DNA of 54,674 nucleotides from an uncultured virus (IMG/VR IMGVR_UViG_3300027851_000013) (IMGVR_UViG_3300027851_000013); one strand, 5' to 3'. Numbered from the stretch's first letter, positions 1 to 9,749 are shown. Notes: generated by a model from the sequence alone, not told the origin. Made by a program: numbers and translations.

Positions 1-2
1 TG

Positions 3-1118
3 TTTGTGGGCATACATCCCTACAAAGGAAAGAGCAGCAAGTTCAAGTCTCTAGAGGACAGAATGAAGCACCACGTGAGTGTGTTTGATTCTTCTGTGTC
101 TATTCCGAAAGTATGCTACTCGTTGGACGTCATTCCTGACGTATATCGTTCTTGGTTTCGCGCTGTGTTTCAGGACGGTAAGCGTCTTCCCCCTCCAGAT
201 TCGATGCAGGCTACCGCAGTTCTTGCTTCGATTCTGCGGACGGTAGTTTCTTCGGGTAACTTGGATATTTCGGAGGTGAGTAAGCTAGCTTCCACCATTC
301 GATCGTACCACTACGTCAACAGCTCGAAAGAGTTCTTTCACTGTGGAGGATCTGTAGTCACAGGGACGGGAACTAGTCTTTTCTCTTCTGATAGCAACGT
401 TCACGTAGGAACTACACTAACGGGCGATGTTCCTGTGTTCGCCTTCACTCAGGGGTTGGACGTATCTCTGTGGGCCGAAGGAAAGAACGTACCTCTTGCT
501 ATGCACGCAGAAGATTTGTCCTCCTACGACAACAGGCTGTACGTGAAGAACCGCGGGAAGGTATACGAAATTCTTCTGCACTGTGCTCAGAATATGGACG
601 GCACCAACAAGGTGTTGGCCTCCGCCCACTCTCTCGCCTCTGTCCTAGAAAATGCGAGCAAGCTGTTTCAGGGCGGTGTGTATCAAAATATGCTAGGTTC
701 TTGCTTTGTTTCCTTGTTTCCTCGGTCTAAGGCTGCCTATCAGGTGCGTATTCCTGAGCTGGACTCGGTTAAGTTTTTGTCGGCAAAATTCGACCGCGGT
801 GTACTAATGGTCCTAGGTTCGAAAAAGGGAGTCTATTCTCGCTTTATTTTCAGGTTTACGGATGACTTTACGTCATATGACGTAAGAGAAGTAGAGAACG
901 TGACTCCTACCGAGCTGAACTTTGTGACCATGGACTCTGGCGTTTGCGTATCCCTTACGGAGGACGAAAACCTTGAGTTGTTCTCCTCGAAGAAGGGGTC
1001 CACTTCCGTAAAGGTGATAGAAGACAGTATGCTAGGCGGAGACATGCTTCTTGTGAAGCGTGGGCCCAAGCTAGGGTTTATCAGAGGAAACTCTGTATTT
1101 GAAATGAAGATGAAGTGA
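3..1118 (+). CDS. 5'-truncated large protein, probably C-terminal part of a Ser/Thr kinase-like phage protein
   Basis: Frame open from window edge; FVGIHPYKG resembles kinase C-lobe GxHPF/Y; catalytic motifs would lie outside the window. Confidence 0.45.
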   Translation, partial: FVGIHPYKGKSSKFKSLEDRMKHHVSVFDSSVSIPKVCYSLDVIPDVYRSWFRAVFQDGKRLPPPDSMQATAVLASILRTVVSSGNLDISEVSKLASTIRSYHYVNSSKEFFHCGGSVVTGTGTSLFSSDSNVHVGTTLTGDVPVFAFTQGLDVSLWAEGKNVPLAMHAEDLSSYDNRLYVKNRGKVYEILLHCAQNMDGTNKVLASAHSLASVLENASKLFQGGVYQNMLGSCFVSLFPRSKAAYQVRIPELDSVKFLSAKFDRGVLMVLGSKKGVYSRFIFRFTDDFTSYDVREVENVTPTELNFVTMDSGVCVSLTEDENLELFSSKKGSTSVKVIEDSMLGGDMLLVKRGPKLGFIRGNSVFEMKMK

Positions 1119-1129
1119 GGAAATGACCG

Positions 1130-1342
1130 ATGCTTACTGAAGCTGTGACACAACCAAGACTTGTACTTTTTGCGTCCAAAGATGAGTACGATACGTTGTG
1201 TAGAGAAACGGAAAGCACCCGCCAAGATCCATTCACCCTAGGAGCAGCACGTAGACTTGGTGTTCCTTACGATAACGTGACGCCGTGGCAGCGTAGCCTG
1301 ATGAAGGTCACCTTCATGCACATTCTTTTGACCTCTCACTGA
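1130..1342 (+). CDS. small protein with degenerate PolA fingers-like segment
   Basis: GAGG RBS; DPFTLGAARRLGVPYDNVTPWQRSLMK. Confidence 0.55.
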   Translation: MLTEAVTQPRLVLFASKDEYDTLCRETESTRQDPFTLGAARRLGVPYDNVTPWQRSLMKVTFMHILLTSH

Positions 1343-1359
1343 TTCAAGGAGACTTACAC

Positions 1360-1770
1360 ATGCCTAAGAGAATTTCAGTCAACGTTGGTTTCATCACGAA
1401 TTCTAGTTCTTGCATCTTCTACTTTCCTAAGGAGGTGCTTGAGGACGAAACCGTGAAGGACTTTATGCAAAAGTACGAGCTTTCCACTGGCTGGGTGGGC
1501 TACGACCTGTGGGCCCGAAGTTCTTGTGATTCCTTCCTGGTCACCAGAGAACAAAAGGAAGAGGCTCTCTCCCAGTTGGTAGATGAGTATTATTCGTATG
1601 AACATCTCAATGGAGTAATCGATCCAGAGAGTGAAGGAGTCTACATCATCTATGGAGACGAGTACGAGGATACCGTTCACTTTCTCTCTAGAATTTTGGG
1701 CTCTGCTCTCAGGAAGCTGCAAGAGGCAAACCCCGACCTTCCTGGCGGCTACATAACCGACTATAATTGA
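1360..1770 (+). CDS. conserved phage hypothetical protein (N-terminal GFITNSSS motif)
   Basis: AAGGAG RBS; GFITNSSSCIF resembles the recurrent FxxNSSS N-terminal motif of phage hypotheticals. Confidence 0.75.
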   Translation: MPKRISVNVGFITNSSSCIFYFPKEVLEDETVKDFMQKYELSTGWVGYDLWARSSCDSFLVTREQKEEALSQLVDEYYSYEHLNGVIDPESEGVYIIYGDEYEDTVHFLSRILGSALRKLQEANPDLPGGYITDYN

Positions 1771-2096
1771 TGATCTGCATATTCATTTCTTCGGACAGGT
1801 ACATTCCTAGTATAAGAGATGACGTACCTGATCACGGAGTAGTGTATGATGAGAAGGCGGAGACCATCACCGTATGTGTACGTGCAGACCTTCCTTCTCT
1901 TGCCTTGGTAGACCTGAGGAACTCCTTAGAGTGCTTACAGGGATACGCATGGCATGACAACTACCCCTTGCTAATAAGCAAATTGGTAGAGTCTCACCTA
2001 CGTAGCCGAGTCCTCTCCGGGTCTTTGCGGTTTGACCGCTACACAAATCAGTGGAGATGGCTTGGCCTTTCTTTAGAAAACACGAGGATAGGATGA
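1770..2096 (+). CDS. hypothetical protein
   Basis: TGATG coupling upstream, ATGA coupling downstream. Confidence 0.6.
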   Translation: MICIFISSDRYIPSIRDDVPDHGVVYDEKAETITVCVRADLPSLALVDLRNSLECLQGYAWHDNYPLLISKLVESHLRSRVLSGSLRFDRYTNQWRWLGLSLENTRIG

Positions 2097-2266
2097 GCAG
2101 AGTCAAAACCAAGCGTGAGCTTATGGTTCTGGTAGGTAACGCAATAGACCATTGGGAGCAGATGCCCAACGATTTGAAGGGCGAAGTCAACGAGATCACC
2201 CCAGCCTTCTACCAGGCTATGGAGGAGTTGTGGCAGGCGGTAGAACCAGTCGGAGAGGAAGATTGA
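2093..2266 (+). CDS. hypothetical protein
   Basis: ATGA overlap, GAGG RBS. Confidence 0.6.
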   Translation: MSRVKTKRELMVLVGNAIDHWEQMPNDLKGEVNEITPAFYQAMEELWQAVEPVGEED

Positions 2267-2357
2267 AGGGGACATCAAGGAGTTCGAAAACTGTGTTGAC
2301 CTAGCCAGCACGCCTTTTCACAAGTCTTATGTTGGCATTTCAGTGTGACATTCGTAA

Positions 2358-2663
2358 ATGGCTAGTATCTTTATAGACACGCTCGACGTCCTAACTCGAT
2401 TCGAATATGTGACTGTCAGAGCGCGCCAGTTGAACCTAGTTGTTGACGAAACCTTTCTAATCATGGCTCACGAGGTCTTAAAGCCTAGCATGGCGTTCGA
2501 CCCACTCTTGTTTCGATGGGAGCATCGTCCCCTAGGTAGCAGCATGTATGCAACAGTGTACGAAGACGGGTGTGATGCTGCATTGCAAGGGGAGCAATCT
2601 ATCAGGATTCTAGCATATCCACAAGGCCGAGTCATCATCATAGGCGGCAGAGTCGTTTCGTGA
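2358..2663 (+). CDS. hypothetical protein
   Basis: ORF fills + strand tiling. Confidence 0.55.
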   Translation: MASIFIDTLDVLTRFEYVTVRARQLNLVVDETFLIMAHEVLKPSMAFDPLLFRWEHRPLGSSMYATVYEDGCDAALQGEQSIRILAYPQGRVIIIGGRVVS

Positions 2664-2701
2664 TTTTGAGTTGCATACAGTAACACCATAGGAAAATTGA
2701 A

Positions 2702-2911
2702 ATGGACATCAACACAGTTTTTGACCTCATAGTTCAAGCGTATCCGAAGGCAAGAGAGGGCAAGACCCTTGGAAAGAAGCCCAAGTCATCCTTAGCCTGG
2801 ACCAAGGAGACGGACTCTTCTTATGTGGCTCAGGGTCCGCGTGGAGGAGCGATTAGGATTCGCTATAGCGAGAAGAGCAATAAGATTACCATAGGCTACA
2901 CTCAGCCATGA
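2702..2911 (+). CDS. small basic hypothetical protein
   Basis: AGGA RBS; GPRGG turn motif; ATGA overlap downstream. Confidence 0.6.
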   Translation: MDINTVFDLIVQAYPKAREGKTLGKKPKSSLAWTKETDSSYVAQGPRGGAIRIRYSEKSNKITIGYTQP

Positions 2912-3192
2912 GTGCGGACGTGATGGTCGTGGATTCAGTACCTTCTCGCGGCGGGGATCAATGGACTGGTCTTCCTGTTCTATTGGACAAAGAAACCATT
3001 GAAGACTACCGAGAAAGACTAATCTCTTGGGTGGCTGAGCAAATAGTTCGTGGAGAATACGGTGTGTCTGATCCTGGTAACATATTCTATTCGGAACGGT
3101 CAGACCCCTCAGAGGAATATATTCTCGCCACAGTAATGGTTGAGGGTTTCCCAGACGCGCGCCTCTACGATTATTCAAGGATTCTTCGATGA
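2908..3192 (+). CDS. hypothetical protein
   Basis: ATGA overlaps at both ends. Confidence 0.6.
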   Translation: MSADVMVVDSVPSRGGDQWTGLPVLLDKETIEDYRERLISWVAEQIVRGEYGVSDPGNIFYSERSDPSEEYILATVMVEGFPDARLYDYSRILR

Positions 3193-3350
3193 ACGTAGAG
3201 GGAGGAGAAACATGTTGGGTTTGTGGTGACGAGGTCTTTCCAGAGGTGTTAGTGGAGGGACAGACTTGGTGCTGCGAAGCCTGCGGAACAGATTATGTAA
3301 CTTGTCCAGCAATGGTTGATGGCTCCATCGTATGGCAGGTAGCCCCATGA
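3189..3350 (+). CDS. 53-aa zinc-ribbon protein (not in ORF track)
   Basis: MNVEGGETCWVCGDEVFPEVLVEGQTWCCEACGTDY...; CxxC..CxxC; ATGA overlaps at both ends. Confidence 0.65.
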   Translation: MNVEGGETCWVCGDEVFPEVLVEGQTWCCEACGTDYVTCPAMVDGSIVWQVAP

Positions 3351-3583
3351 AGACTGCACGGTGCCAAGCGCGAGAGCGTAGAGCTAAAAACAAAGCGAAG
3401 CGCAAACGTTACGACTTGTACCTCTCACGCCACAGGAAGAGAGTGTGGACCAGTCGAGAGGTCAACCGTAAACTGAGAGAGCCGTGGTTCTTGAACATGC
3501 TGCGAGAATTAGGTATTTCACGCAAGCAGTGGGCCAGAAAACTAAAAGCCTGGGCAGAACACCAGGATGAAATGACAAGATGA
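3347..3583 (+). CDS. small Arg/Lys-rich protein
   Basis: ATGA overlap; very basic. Confidence 0.55.
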   Translation: MKTARCQARERRAKNKAKRKRYDLYLSRHRKRVWTSREVNRKLREPWFLNMLRELGISRKQWARKLKAWAEHQDEMTR

Positions 3584-3591
3584 ATGGAACC

Positions 3592-3607
3592 AACCCTGGT
3601 CATAGTA
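3592..3607 (+). promoter_or_regulatory. repeated motif ACCCTGNYCATANTA, copy 1 (putative phage promoter)
   Basis: AACCCTGGTCATAGTA, intergenic upstream of Thg1-like gene. Confidence 0.7.
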
Positions 3608-3635
3608 ATTGGCAGCTGATTTAAAGGATTGACCG

Positions 3636-4409
3636 ATGACTCAAAAAGATTCTCTTGGCGACCGAATGAAGTCCTACGAAGCAGTTGTGGACTATACCCT
3701 GCCTCCTCGTCTTCCTGTGATTCTGCGTGTGGATGGTAAAGCCTTTCACTCGTACACACGAGGACTAAAGAGACCGTGGGATCCCTCTCTCGTAGAGGTG
3801 ATGAATACTACTGCCATTAAGCTGTGTGAGGATATCCAAGGGGCTCAGATCGCTTACGTCCAAAGTGACGAGATTTCTATCCTGGTACATGGGTACAAGA
3901 CATTCAACTCTCAGCCGTACTTCAACGGCCGAGTTCAGAAGACCTGCTCCGTTGTTGCTTCCATTGCTGCGGCTACATTCACCTCTTGGTCGTGGACGCT
4001 CTTTGATAAGGAATCTGTGCCTAACAAGGCATCACTGATTCGACCCGCCTATTTCGACTGTCGTGCCTTCGTTCTTCCCGAAGCTGACGTCTGCAACTAC
4101 TTCTTGTGGCGACAGCAAGACGCCGTCCGCAACAGCGTGCAGTCTCTTGCGCGTTCCTTGTACTCTCACAAAGAGTGCAACAACAAGAACGGTTCCGAGC
4201 TACAGGAGATGTGCTTTCAGAAGGGCCAGAACTGGAACGACCTGCCCGTGCAGCAGAAGCGGGGAAGGTGTGTACTGAGAGAAACTTACCCCGTTGAAGG
4301 CTCAACTGGAGTTGTCCTCCGAAGCCGTTGGACTGTGGATGAAAACATTCCTACATTCTCTCAGGACAGGGATTACATCAACAGGTTCCTGGCGTTGGAG
4401 GAAGAATGA
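3636..4409 (+). CDS. thg1: tRNA(His) guanylyltransferase Thg1-like protein (3'-5' polymerase)
   Basis: RVDGKAFHSYT, YVQSDEISI, FDCR, YFLWRQQDAVRNS family motifs. Confidence 0.93.
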   Translation: MTQKDSLGDRMKSYEAVVDYTLPPRLPVILRVDGKAFHSYTRGLKRPWDPSLVEVMNTTAIKLCEDIQGAQIAYVQSDEISILVHGYKTFNSQPYFNGRVQKTCSVVASIAAATFTSWSWTLFDKESVPNKASLIRPAYFDCRAFVLPEADVCNYFLWRQQDAVRNSVQSLARSLYSHKECNNKNGSELQEMCFQKGQNWNDLPVQQKRGRCVLRETYPVEGSTGVVLRSRWTVDENIPTFSQDRDYINRFLALEEE

Positions 4410-4600
4410 GTCAGCCTGATACTTCTAACAGCGCACCCTTAGATGCTGACGAGCTTGTTGCCCTTAAGGCTTTGCTTACCGAGGCAGGTCTTTCCTTTAT
4501 GCATGCTCGTGAAGGATCCATTGCAGACGTGCTTAGAGGTCATGGCGAGAAGGCCCTTGCGGGCTTGAACAAGTTGCGAGCCCGGCTTGCTTCTTGTTGA
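4406..4600 (+). CDS. hypothetical protein
   Basis: ATGA overlap, GGAGG RBS. Confidence 0.55.
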   Translation: MSQPDTSNSAPLDADELVALKALLTEAGLSFMHAREGSIADVLRGHGEKALAGLNKLRARLASC

Positions 4601-4621
4601 CTACAACAGAGAGAAAGAATC

Positions 4622-4915
4622 ATGTCAAACGACAATATAATTCTTGCTTCCATTGGGTGGTGCATCTCCACTCTGGGAGCCGTGAGTATCGCTCTTCAAG
4701 TCATGGGTTACTATCCAGACAAGGTAGCCATCTATTCTTGGGTAGCCAACGTATTCATGCTTTTGTTTGGAGTCTGGGCCTTTCTTAGAGAGTTTCACAT
4801 TGCCAAACGCCACACCCAAAGAACTGCAGACAAGTACATGAAACTCTATAGGGAAAACCGAGAGTTGCGCTCTCTCCTTCGAAAAGCAGAGACGACAGGA
4901 TCAGACCATGAGTAA
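4622..4915 (+). CDS. two-TM membrane protein with basic C-terminal tail
   Basis: Two hydrophobic segments followed by charged helix. Confidence 0.6.
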   Translation: MSNDNIILASIGWCISTLGAVSIALQVMGYYPDKVAIYSWVANVFMLLFGVWAFLREFHIAKRHTQRTADKYMKLYRENRELRSLLRKAETTGSDHE

Positions 4916-5117
4916 GTGTCGGTGCGGGTGGGAAGGAGAAGGCCAACACCCTTGTCACGGCAAGGGATATCAGTGTAAGTCTCCTGCGCTCCCCCGTTTT
5001 GTCGCCACTTCTGGCGGTCTATCTGGAAGTCAGATCAAGACAGCTGCCTATCAAACTTGGGCATGCGATTCTTGTTGGGAAGAGTTCAGGGAATTTGCAA
5101 AGAAAGAGGGTGAGTGA
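4908..5117 (+). CDS. small Cys-rich (zinc-binding) protein
   Basis: CRC, HPCH..C, CDSC. Confidence 0.6.
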   Translation: MSKCRCGWEGEGQHPCHGKGYQCKSPALPRFVATSGGLSGSQIKTAAYQTWACDSCWEEFREFAKKEGE

Positions 5118-5704
5118 TGGGCTGGTGGTCTTCAGCAGTAATGGGAGGGGATCCCTCTTTCGATTGGTTGATTGATTTTGAGAAGGCTTTAGGCCTGGAC
5201 CCGGATCACACGAGAGACGAGGCTGAAAACAAGGTTATCGCAAAACAACTGGAGCAGAAGGAATCTGACCTGGTCAGTATTCTTGGTCTTCCCTCTGAAT
5301 ACAAGGACGAGCAGGAGTATAGAGTAGGTTGGCAAGTGCTTGGATACCTCATGTTGAGGTGTGGTGCCTTTTTTACTAAAGAAACGAGAGACCGCATAAT
5401 CGATGCAGCGATGAAGGACGATTCCTCTTTGTTTCTTCGTCCGCAGCTTCGAAAACTCTTCATGCTAGATCTGATAGAGAAGGTGGCGAATCACTCTCCT
5501 GGGCAGTGCACTGAGCTGGCAGGAGACATGGACGACTTTTCAGACAGCACCCCTTCGGTCAGAAGCATTTATACCGCGCTCGTTAAAGAGCGGGATGACG
5601 TTGTGGATCGCATGATGAGCGTGGCTCAGTTTCATGGTTACACGTTCGACGCAGATAAGCTGCGCAGGATGCTTCAAAAGGTAGCCCCTTCCAAAGAAAG
5701 CTGA
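5117..5704 (+). CDS. hypothetical protein (DUF4259-like N-terminus)
   Basis: MGWW...D..FDWL N-terminal pattern; TGATG coupling. Confidence 0.6.
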   Translation: MGWWSSAVMGGDPSFDWLIDFEKALGLDPDHTRDEAENKVIAKQLEQKESDLVSILGLPSEYKDEQEYRVGWQVLGYLMLRCGAFFTKETRDRIIDAAMKDDSSLFLRPQLRKLFMLDLIEKVANHSPGQCTELAGDMDDFSDSTPSVRSIYTALVKERDDVVDRMMSVAQFHGYTFDADKLRRMLQKVAPSKES

Positions 5705-5707
5705 TTT

Positions 5708-7459
5708 ATGTTCAAGTCTGGGGATAAGGCCCTTCTTCCCACTGGAGAGATTGCTGATGTTGTAGAGGCTGACCCCTCAACAACTGTAGTGGTCACAACT
5801 TTGGGGTCCTTCGAGGAGAGCGAACTTCAACAGGGGCACCCTTCGGTTATTGGTGACCGAACCAGGAAGCGAGTTGACATCAAGGAGATCTTGTCTGACC
5901 CTGACTTGCGTGAAGACCTGATGGTCTCCACCATTCAGGCGGTCCAATCCGTTGGAGGAGTTGACACAACAAAGGATCAAGCTCTTGACGCCTACAAGGC
6001 GGCACTGGACGCGCAGGACGCCTTATCTTCTCTTCTTGACAAACTAGAGATGGATTATGCGGGCCACTGGAGAAGTGGGAGAGACAGTAGCGATCATTTT
6101 CTACCTATGGTACTACAGAATCTTTACTGCCACCAATTTTTAGTGCCCAGAGAACAGCTTGATGAACTGTGTCACGCTCTGCGCGAAAAGAAGAGTCTAG
6201 GCCGTTGGGTGCCTGTAGCGAAGTGCAACATGGCCACTCTAGGAGGTGGTTGTGGTTACTGTGGGGCAGAGAAGTTCGAGCTTGAAACGGACGGTCTGTC
6301 CGTACGATTTAGTGGCGAAAGGTGTCCTCTTCCAGACGGGTTTGAGCCCAACGAGTGGGAGCTTAATGTTCCTAGCGGAAAAATAGCTGTAGCGAATGAC
6401 TTGCGCAACTGGTTTCCTCTTTCGTTTGGTTCAGAAGACATCCCCAGTGTTAACTCTGTCATTGGGCGCAGAGCAGTAGCACAAGCTTACGCACAGGTGG
6501 GCCTTTCTCATGCTTCTGTTGGAAACACCTGTCCTTCTGTGTTCAAGCTGAGCGACTCTTCCTTCAAGATTTCCTGTGGACCTTCGGAGGAGGTCTGGAA
6601 CGGTGAGGAATGGGTAGACAGAGAAGAACCCATTGAGCCGGAAGGTGAGGAAGTAGCCTTTATTTGTACGGACCTGTGGTGGTATTCTTTGTGCGACTTG
6701 GAAGAGCTGGAAAGGCGCTTTGCCAGGTTTGGAAAAGAAGAAGACAAAGATATCACAGTGATTCAGGTTAAACCTGGGGTATACAAATTCCTACACAACG
6801 ACAGCATTGATGAAAGCGCTGATGAGGTGGTGTTCTCTACCTTTGAGTGGGTTAGAGACCCGGACCCAGTCAGGGATTTCGCAGGAGAGTATGACAGCCT
6901 AACTGTAAACCCTCATGCGTTTGTGCAAGCTAAGGTAAAGAGTTGGCCCACTCTTTACGGACACACTGACAGGACTACGAAGACTGTAATCTCGTGGTCT
7001 GAGATGACGGAAGAGCAGCGACATCAATCCTGGGCTTCGGTAGCTGACCACGTGTTTCTCGTGATAGGTTCTGGGCAAGAGTGGCACACAAAAGGCTTTC
7101 CTGTTACGTATGTAGACTCTTCAATTCCGGATATCGAGCCTCCAGAGTTTCGGTTTCAACATGGTTGGTACCCATTTTCAGAACCCTACGGAGGAATCCA
7201 CAAACAAAATTTGGATCCGTCTTGGGCTAAGTTGGCCTTCCGAGTATTGGAGTCCATCATTTCTTTTGGAATGTCAGTAAGTACCATCCGAGAAGAGAAG
7301 CAAGTGCGCAGTCTTATGCGTCAAGCGGCCCAAAGGTACCTAGAACTAGCTGCTATACATCCTTCTGAGGCAGACACGAACTATGTCAAGTGGCTGTCTC
7401 AAGAGGAAAGAGTGAAGGGGTGGGTAGCTCGCTTTAGCTTTCAAAGGAAACACACATGA
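5708..7459 (+). CDS. large multidomain hypothetical protein
   Basis: 583-aa ORF; CGYCG, VPSGKIAVANDLR, ICTDLWWY segments. Confidence 0.8.
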   Translation: MFKSGDKALLPTGEIADVVEADPSTTVVVTTLGSFEESELQQGHPSVIGDRTRKRVDIKEILSDPDLREDLMVSTIQAVQSVGGVDTTKDQALDAYKAALDAQDALSSLLDKLEMDYAGHWRSGRDSSDHFLPMVLQNLYCHQFLVPREQLDELCHALREKKSLGRWVPVAKCNMATLGGGCGYCGAEKFELETDGLSVRFSGERCPLPDGFEPNEWELNVPSGKIAVANDLRNWFPLSFGSEDIPSVNSVIGRRAVAQAYAQVGLSHASVGNTCPSVFKLSDSSFKISCGPSEEVWNGEEWVDREEPIEPEGEEVAFICTDLWWYSLCDLEELERRFARFGKEEDKDITVIQVKPGVYKFLHNDSIDESADEVVFSTFEWVRDPDPVRDFAGEYDSLTVNPHAFVQAKVKSWPTLYGHTDRTTKTVISWSEMTEEQRHQSWASVADHVFLVIGSGQEWHTKGFPVTYVDSSIPDIEPPEFRFQHGWYPFSEPYGGIHKQNLDPSWAKLAFRVLESIISFGMSVSTIREEKQVRSLMRQAAQRYLELAAIHPSEADTNYVKWLSQEERVKGWVARFSFQRKHT

Positions 7460-8418
7460 CTTGGTACGCCTTTGCTGCAAAGAAGAAACCTATTGTCACT
7501 AGTCCAGATATTGTTCTCTTGTTCTTGCAAAAGAAAGCATCCTCGTGGGACCAGACAGGTCGTGCAGATGACAAGGTATACGTAGGATCTTTTGGAGAAG
7601 GGGGCGTACGGCGCATTCTTCAGAGCAAGAAAGAGATAGTGCTTTCTGGGGACGTTTTGGTGTTAGACCAAGCTATTGAAGTAGACGAGAATACAAGAGC
7701 CCTTGTAACTCCCTTCCCTAGCTTCTCGGCTCTGCGGGATTCTGTTCTCTGGGCCGAGCAAGAAGATTGCGACTCACCTTGCCTCAAAGAAGCTATCGAT
7801 CTGTGGGCATATGCCTCACAGTACAAGATATCCTGCAACGACCTTATCTCGGCGTCTCTTGCTCTTGAGTCGATAGCCAAAGGACACTCCTCCATAAAAT
7901 TCGTGGAGGTAGATGGAGTCACTCTATTCTTAGGTCCCTACGAAGATCTAAAAGATCTCTGGTATACTTTTGGGTTTTTGGGTGTTCTTGGGACAGTGTA
8001 TGAGAAGTATGCTAACCCTGGCCATACTAACGTGAAAGATTCCTCCTCCTCCACTAAGGATACCTCTATGGAACAATCTCCCACTTCTGAAGAAAAGGTG
8101 TTTGAAGCAGTGAAGACCGACCCGATTCAGTTTGCACTCGAACACTCCTTTGGCATCTCTTTGCTGTTTGGTGGTGACCCTCTTGTAGTTTTGCGCACAA
8201 AGGAAGCCTCGACCAAGGATTACGACAGGATTTTGAGTCTTCCGTACAAGTTCTTTTGTGCGTTTGAGACCAGTCTCTATGTTCTTCCGTTTGTTCACGG
8301 TGGGACTATAGAGTACTCTTTCTTTGTTCACACAAGTGACATTAAGGAAGACCCAGAGTTCTTGACTACAGCGGAATCGTGGATCTCTGGGTTTCTAGAG
8401 GGAACGGAAAAGATCTGA
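7456..8418 (+). CDS. hypothetical protein, probable two-gene fusion with internal start at 8068
   Basis: ATGA overlap; internal repeat motif plus AAGGA RBS before in-frame ATG 8068. Confidence 0.65.
   Translation: MTWYAFAAKKKPIVTSPDIVLLFLQKKASSWDQTGRADDKVYVGSFGEGGVRRILQSKKEIVLSGDVLVLDQAIEVDENTRALVTPFPSFSALRDSVLWAEQEDCDSPCLKEAIDLWAYASQYKISCNDLISASLALESIAKGHSSIKFVEVDGVTLFLGPYEDLKDLWYTFGFLGVLGTVYEKYANPGHTNVKDSSSSTKDTSMEQSPTSEEKVFEAVKTDPIQFALEHSFGISLLFGGDPLVVLRTKEASTKDYDRILSLPYKFFCAFETSLYVLPFVHGGTIEYSFFVHTSDIKEDPEFLTTAESWISGFLEGTEKI
8014..8029 (+). promoter_or_regulatory. repeated motif copy 2 (inside CDS)
   Basis: AACCCTGGCCATACTA. Confidence 0.6.
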
Positions 8419-8420
8419 TT

Positions 8421-8975
8421 ATGTCGTATGCTAGAAAAAGTGACGGAGACGTATACGTATACAGCGACGTACACGACAGAAAGGGAGAGATACGCTGCTG
8501 CGATTGTTCTCTTCTGTTTGCTTCTATGCCACAAGGTGGTCGGTGGGAAGGACCGCTTAGCTTCATTGCCGACGGGCCTCAGGAGATGTTGAATCATCTG
8601 AGAGAACATCAGGTGGTGGGGCATAGAGTTCCGCAGTATGCCTTCAAGCGTCTGAAGAAAGAGGCGGCTTCATTCAAGCCACCCAAGCATCCTGTACACG
8701 TCAGAACTAATCTTCTTCATACGGACAAAGGAGAGAACGTAGATTCGTTTGGGCCTTTCCCGCTGTGTGGGTGGATTTATGGGACCATAGGAAACTACCT
8801 AAAACTTCCTTCGGGATTTGCCCACCCCAGAGACACTCTGACGCAGGACCCTAAGCAGGTCACATGTAAGCAGTGTAAGAAGCGAATGAAGGCAGGTCTT
8901 ACAGCCCTCTACGAACCTATGCCCACTAAGTCGCAAACCAAGAAGACATCAAAGAAGACATCACATGCAGCTTGA
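8421..8975 (+). CDS. Cys/His-rich phage hypothetical protein
   Basis: MSYAR..DVYVY..CCDC..HLREH; C-terminal CKQC. Confidence 0.7.
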   Translation: MSYARKSDGDVYVYSDVHDRKGEIRCCDCSLLFASMPQGGRWEGPLSFIADGPQEMLNHLREHQVVGHRVPQYAFKRLKKEAASFKPPKHPVHVRTNLLHTDKGENVDSFGPFPLCGWIYGTIGNYLKLPSGFAHPRDTLTQDPKQVTCKQCKKRMKAGLTALYEPMPTKSQTKKTSKKTSHAA

Positions 8976-9429
8976 GTTCAAACCCTCCGCAGGAGACCTT
9001 GTGGAGTGCCTTCATGAGTTCAAGTGGGTTCCTGGACTTGTTCTACGCGTAACAGAACGTTCTGGAGGCTTTGGCATACTCAGCATGATTGACGATTCTC
9101 TCGTTGAAGTTGTACTCGATGAGGGGTGTGTATTCATGTTTCCTGCAACTTACGTTAGGTTTAGGAAAGAGGCTCGCCTTGTGATAGAAGAAGCGCAGCA
9201 GACGCTGAGCAGGCTAGAAGAGGCTCAGCGTCTTGCCTTTAGGGCCCTTGTGACATGGCGAAAGAAAGTACTTTGGGATGACGCTAAGTCCATCGTGGAG
9301 ACGCACAAGGAACTAGTAAGACTTACTGACAAGTTCCTCATGGAAGAGGATTTGTTGGAACAGAGTATACAGAGGATCCAATCCCTTATCCGAAGCAAAC
9401 CCAAGACAGAGGATCTTATTTCAACATGA
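8965..9429 (+). CDS. hypothetical protein (SH3-like N-terminus, coiled coil)
   Basis: GDLVE..GLVLRV pattern; helical C-terminus. Confidence 0.6.
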   Translation: MQLEFKPSAGDLVECLHEFKWVPGLVLRVTERSGGFGILSMIDDSLVEVVLDEGCVFMFPATYVRFRKEARLVIEEAQQTLSRLEEAQRLAFRALVTWRKKVLWDDAKSIVETHKELVRLTDKFLMEEDLLEQSIQRIQSLIRSKPKTEDLIST

Positions 9430-9749
9430 GCACGAAGAAAGATCGTTCTGCTTGGCTGGCCCGTTCGGCTGAGGGACCTACTCTTCCGCACGGGCTGCTT
9501 GCTGTTTCTCCCTCCGAATCTGGAAACGATATGGACAGACACTTCGAATCAATGGATAAGTGGGTTGACACCATCTGCGTGGAGAGGGACGAGGCAGTTT
9601 CTGAAAAACAAAGAATCATCACTCTGTTGGAGTCTCTTAGGGACGAATTGATAGCTAAGTATCCTGAAGAAGGTCTTTTGACCGAAGAGCGTCGTCTGCT
9701 TAGGGATATTTCTGAACGAATTCACTCCATCGTTTGCTCTTCCAAATGA
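9426..9749 (+). CDS. hypothetical protein
   Basis: ATGA overlap. Confidence 0.55.
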   Translation: MSTKKDRSAWLARSAEGPTLPHGLLAVSPSESGNDMDRHFESMDKWVDTICVERDEAVSEKQRIITLLESLRDELIAKYPEEGLLTEERRLLRDISERIHSIVCSSK

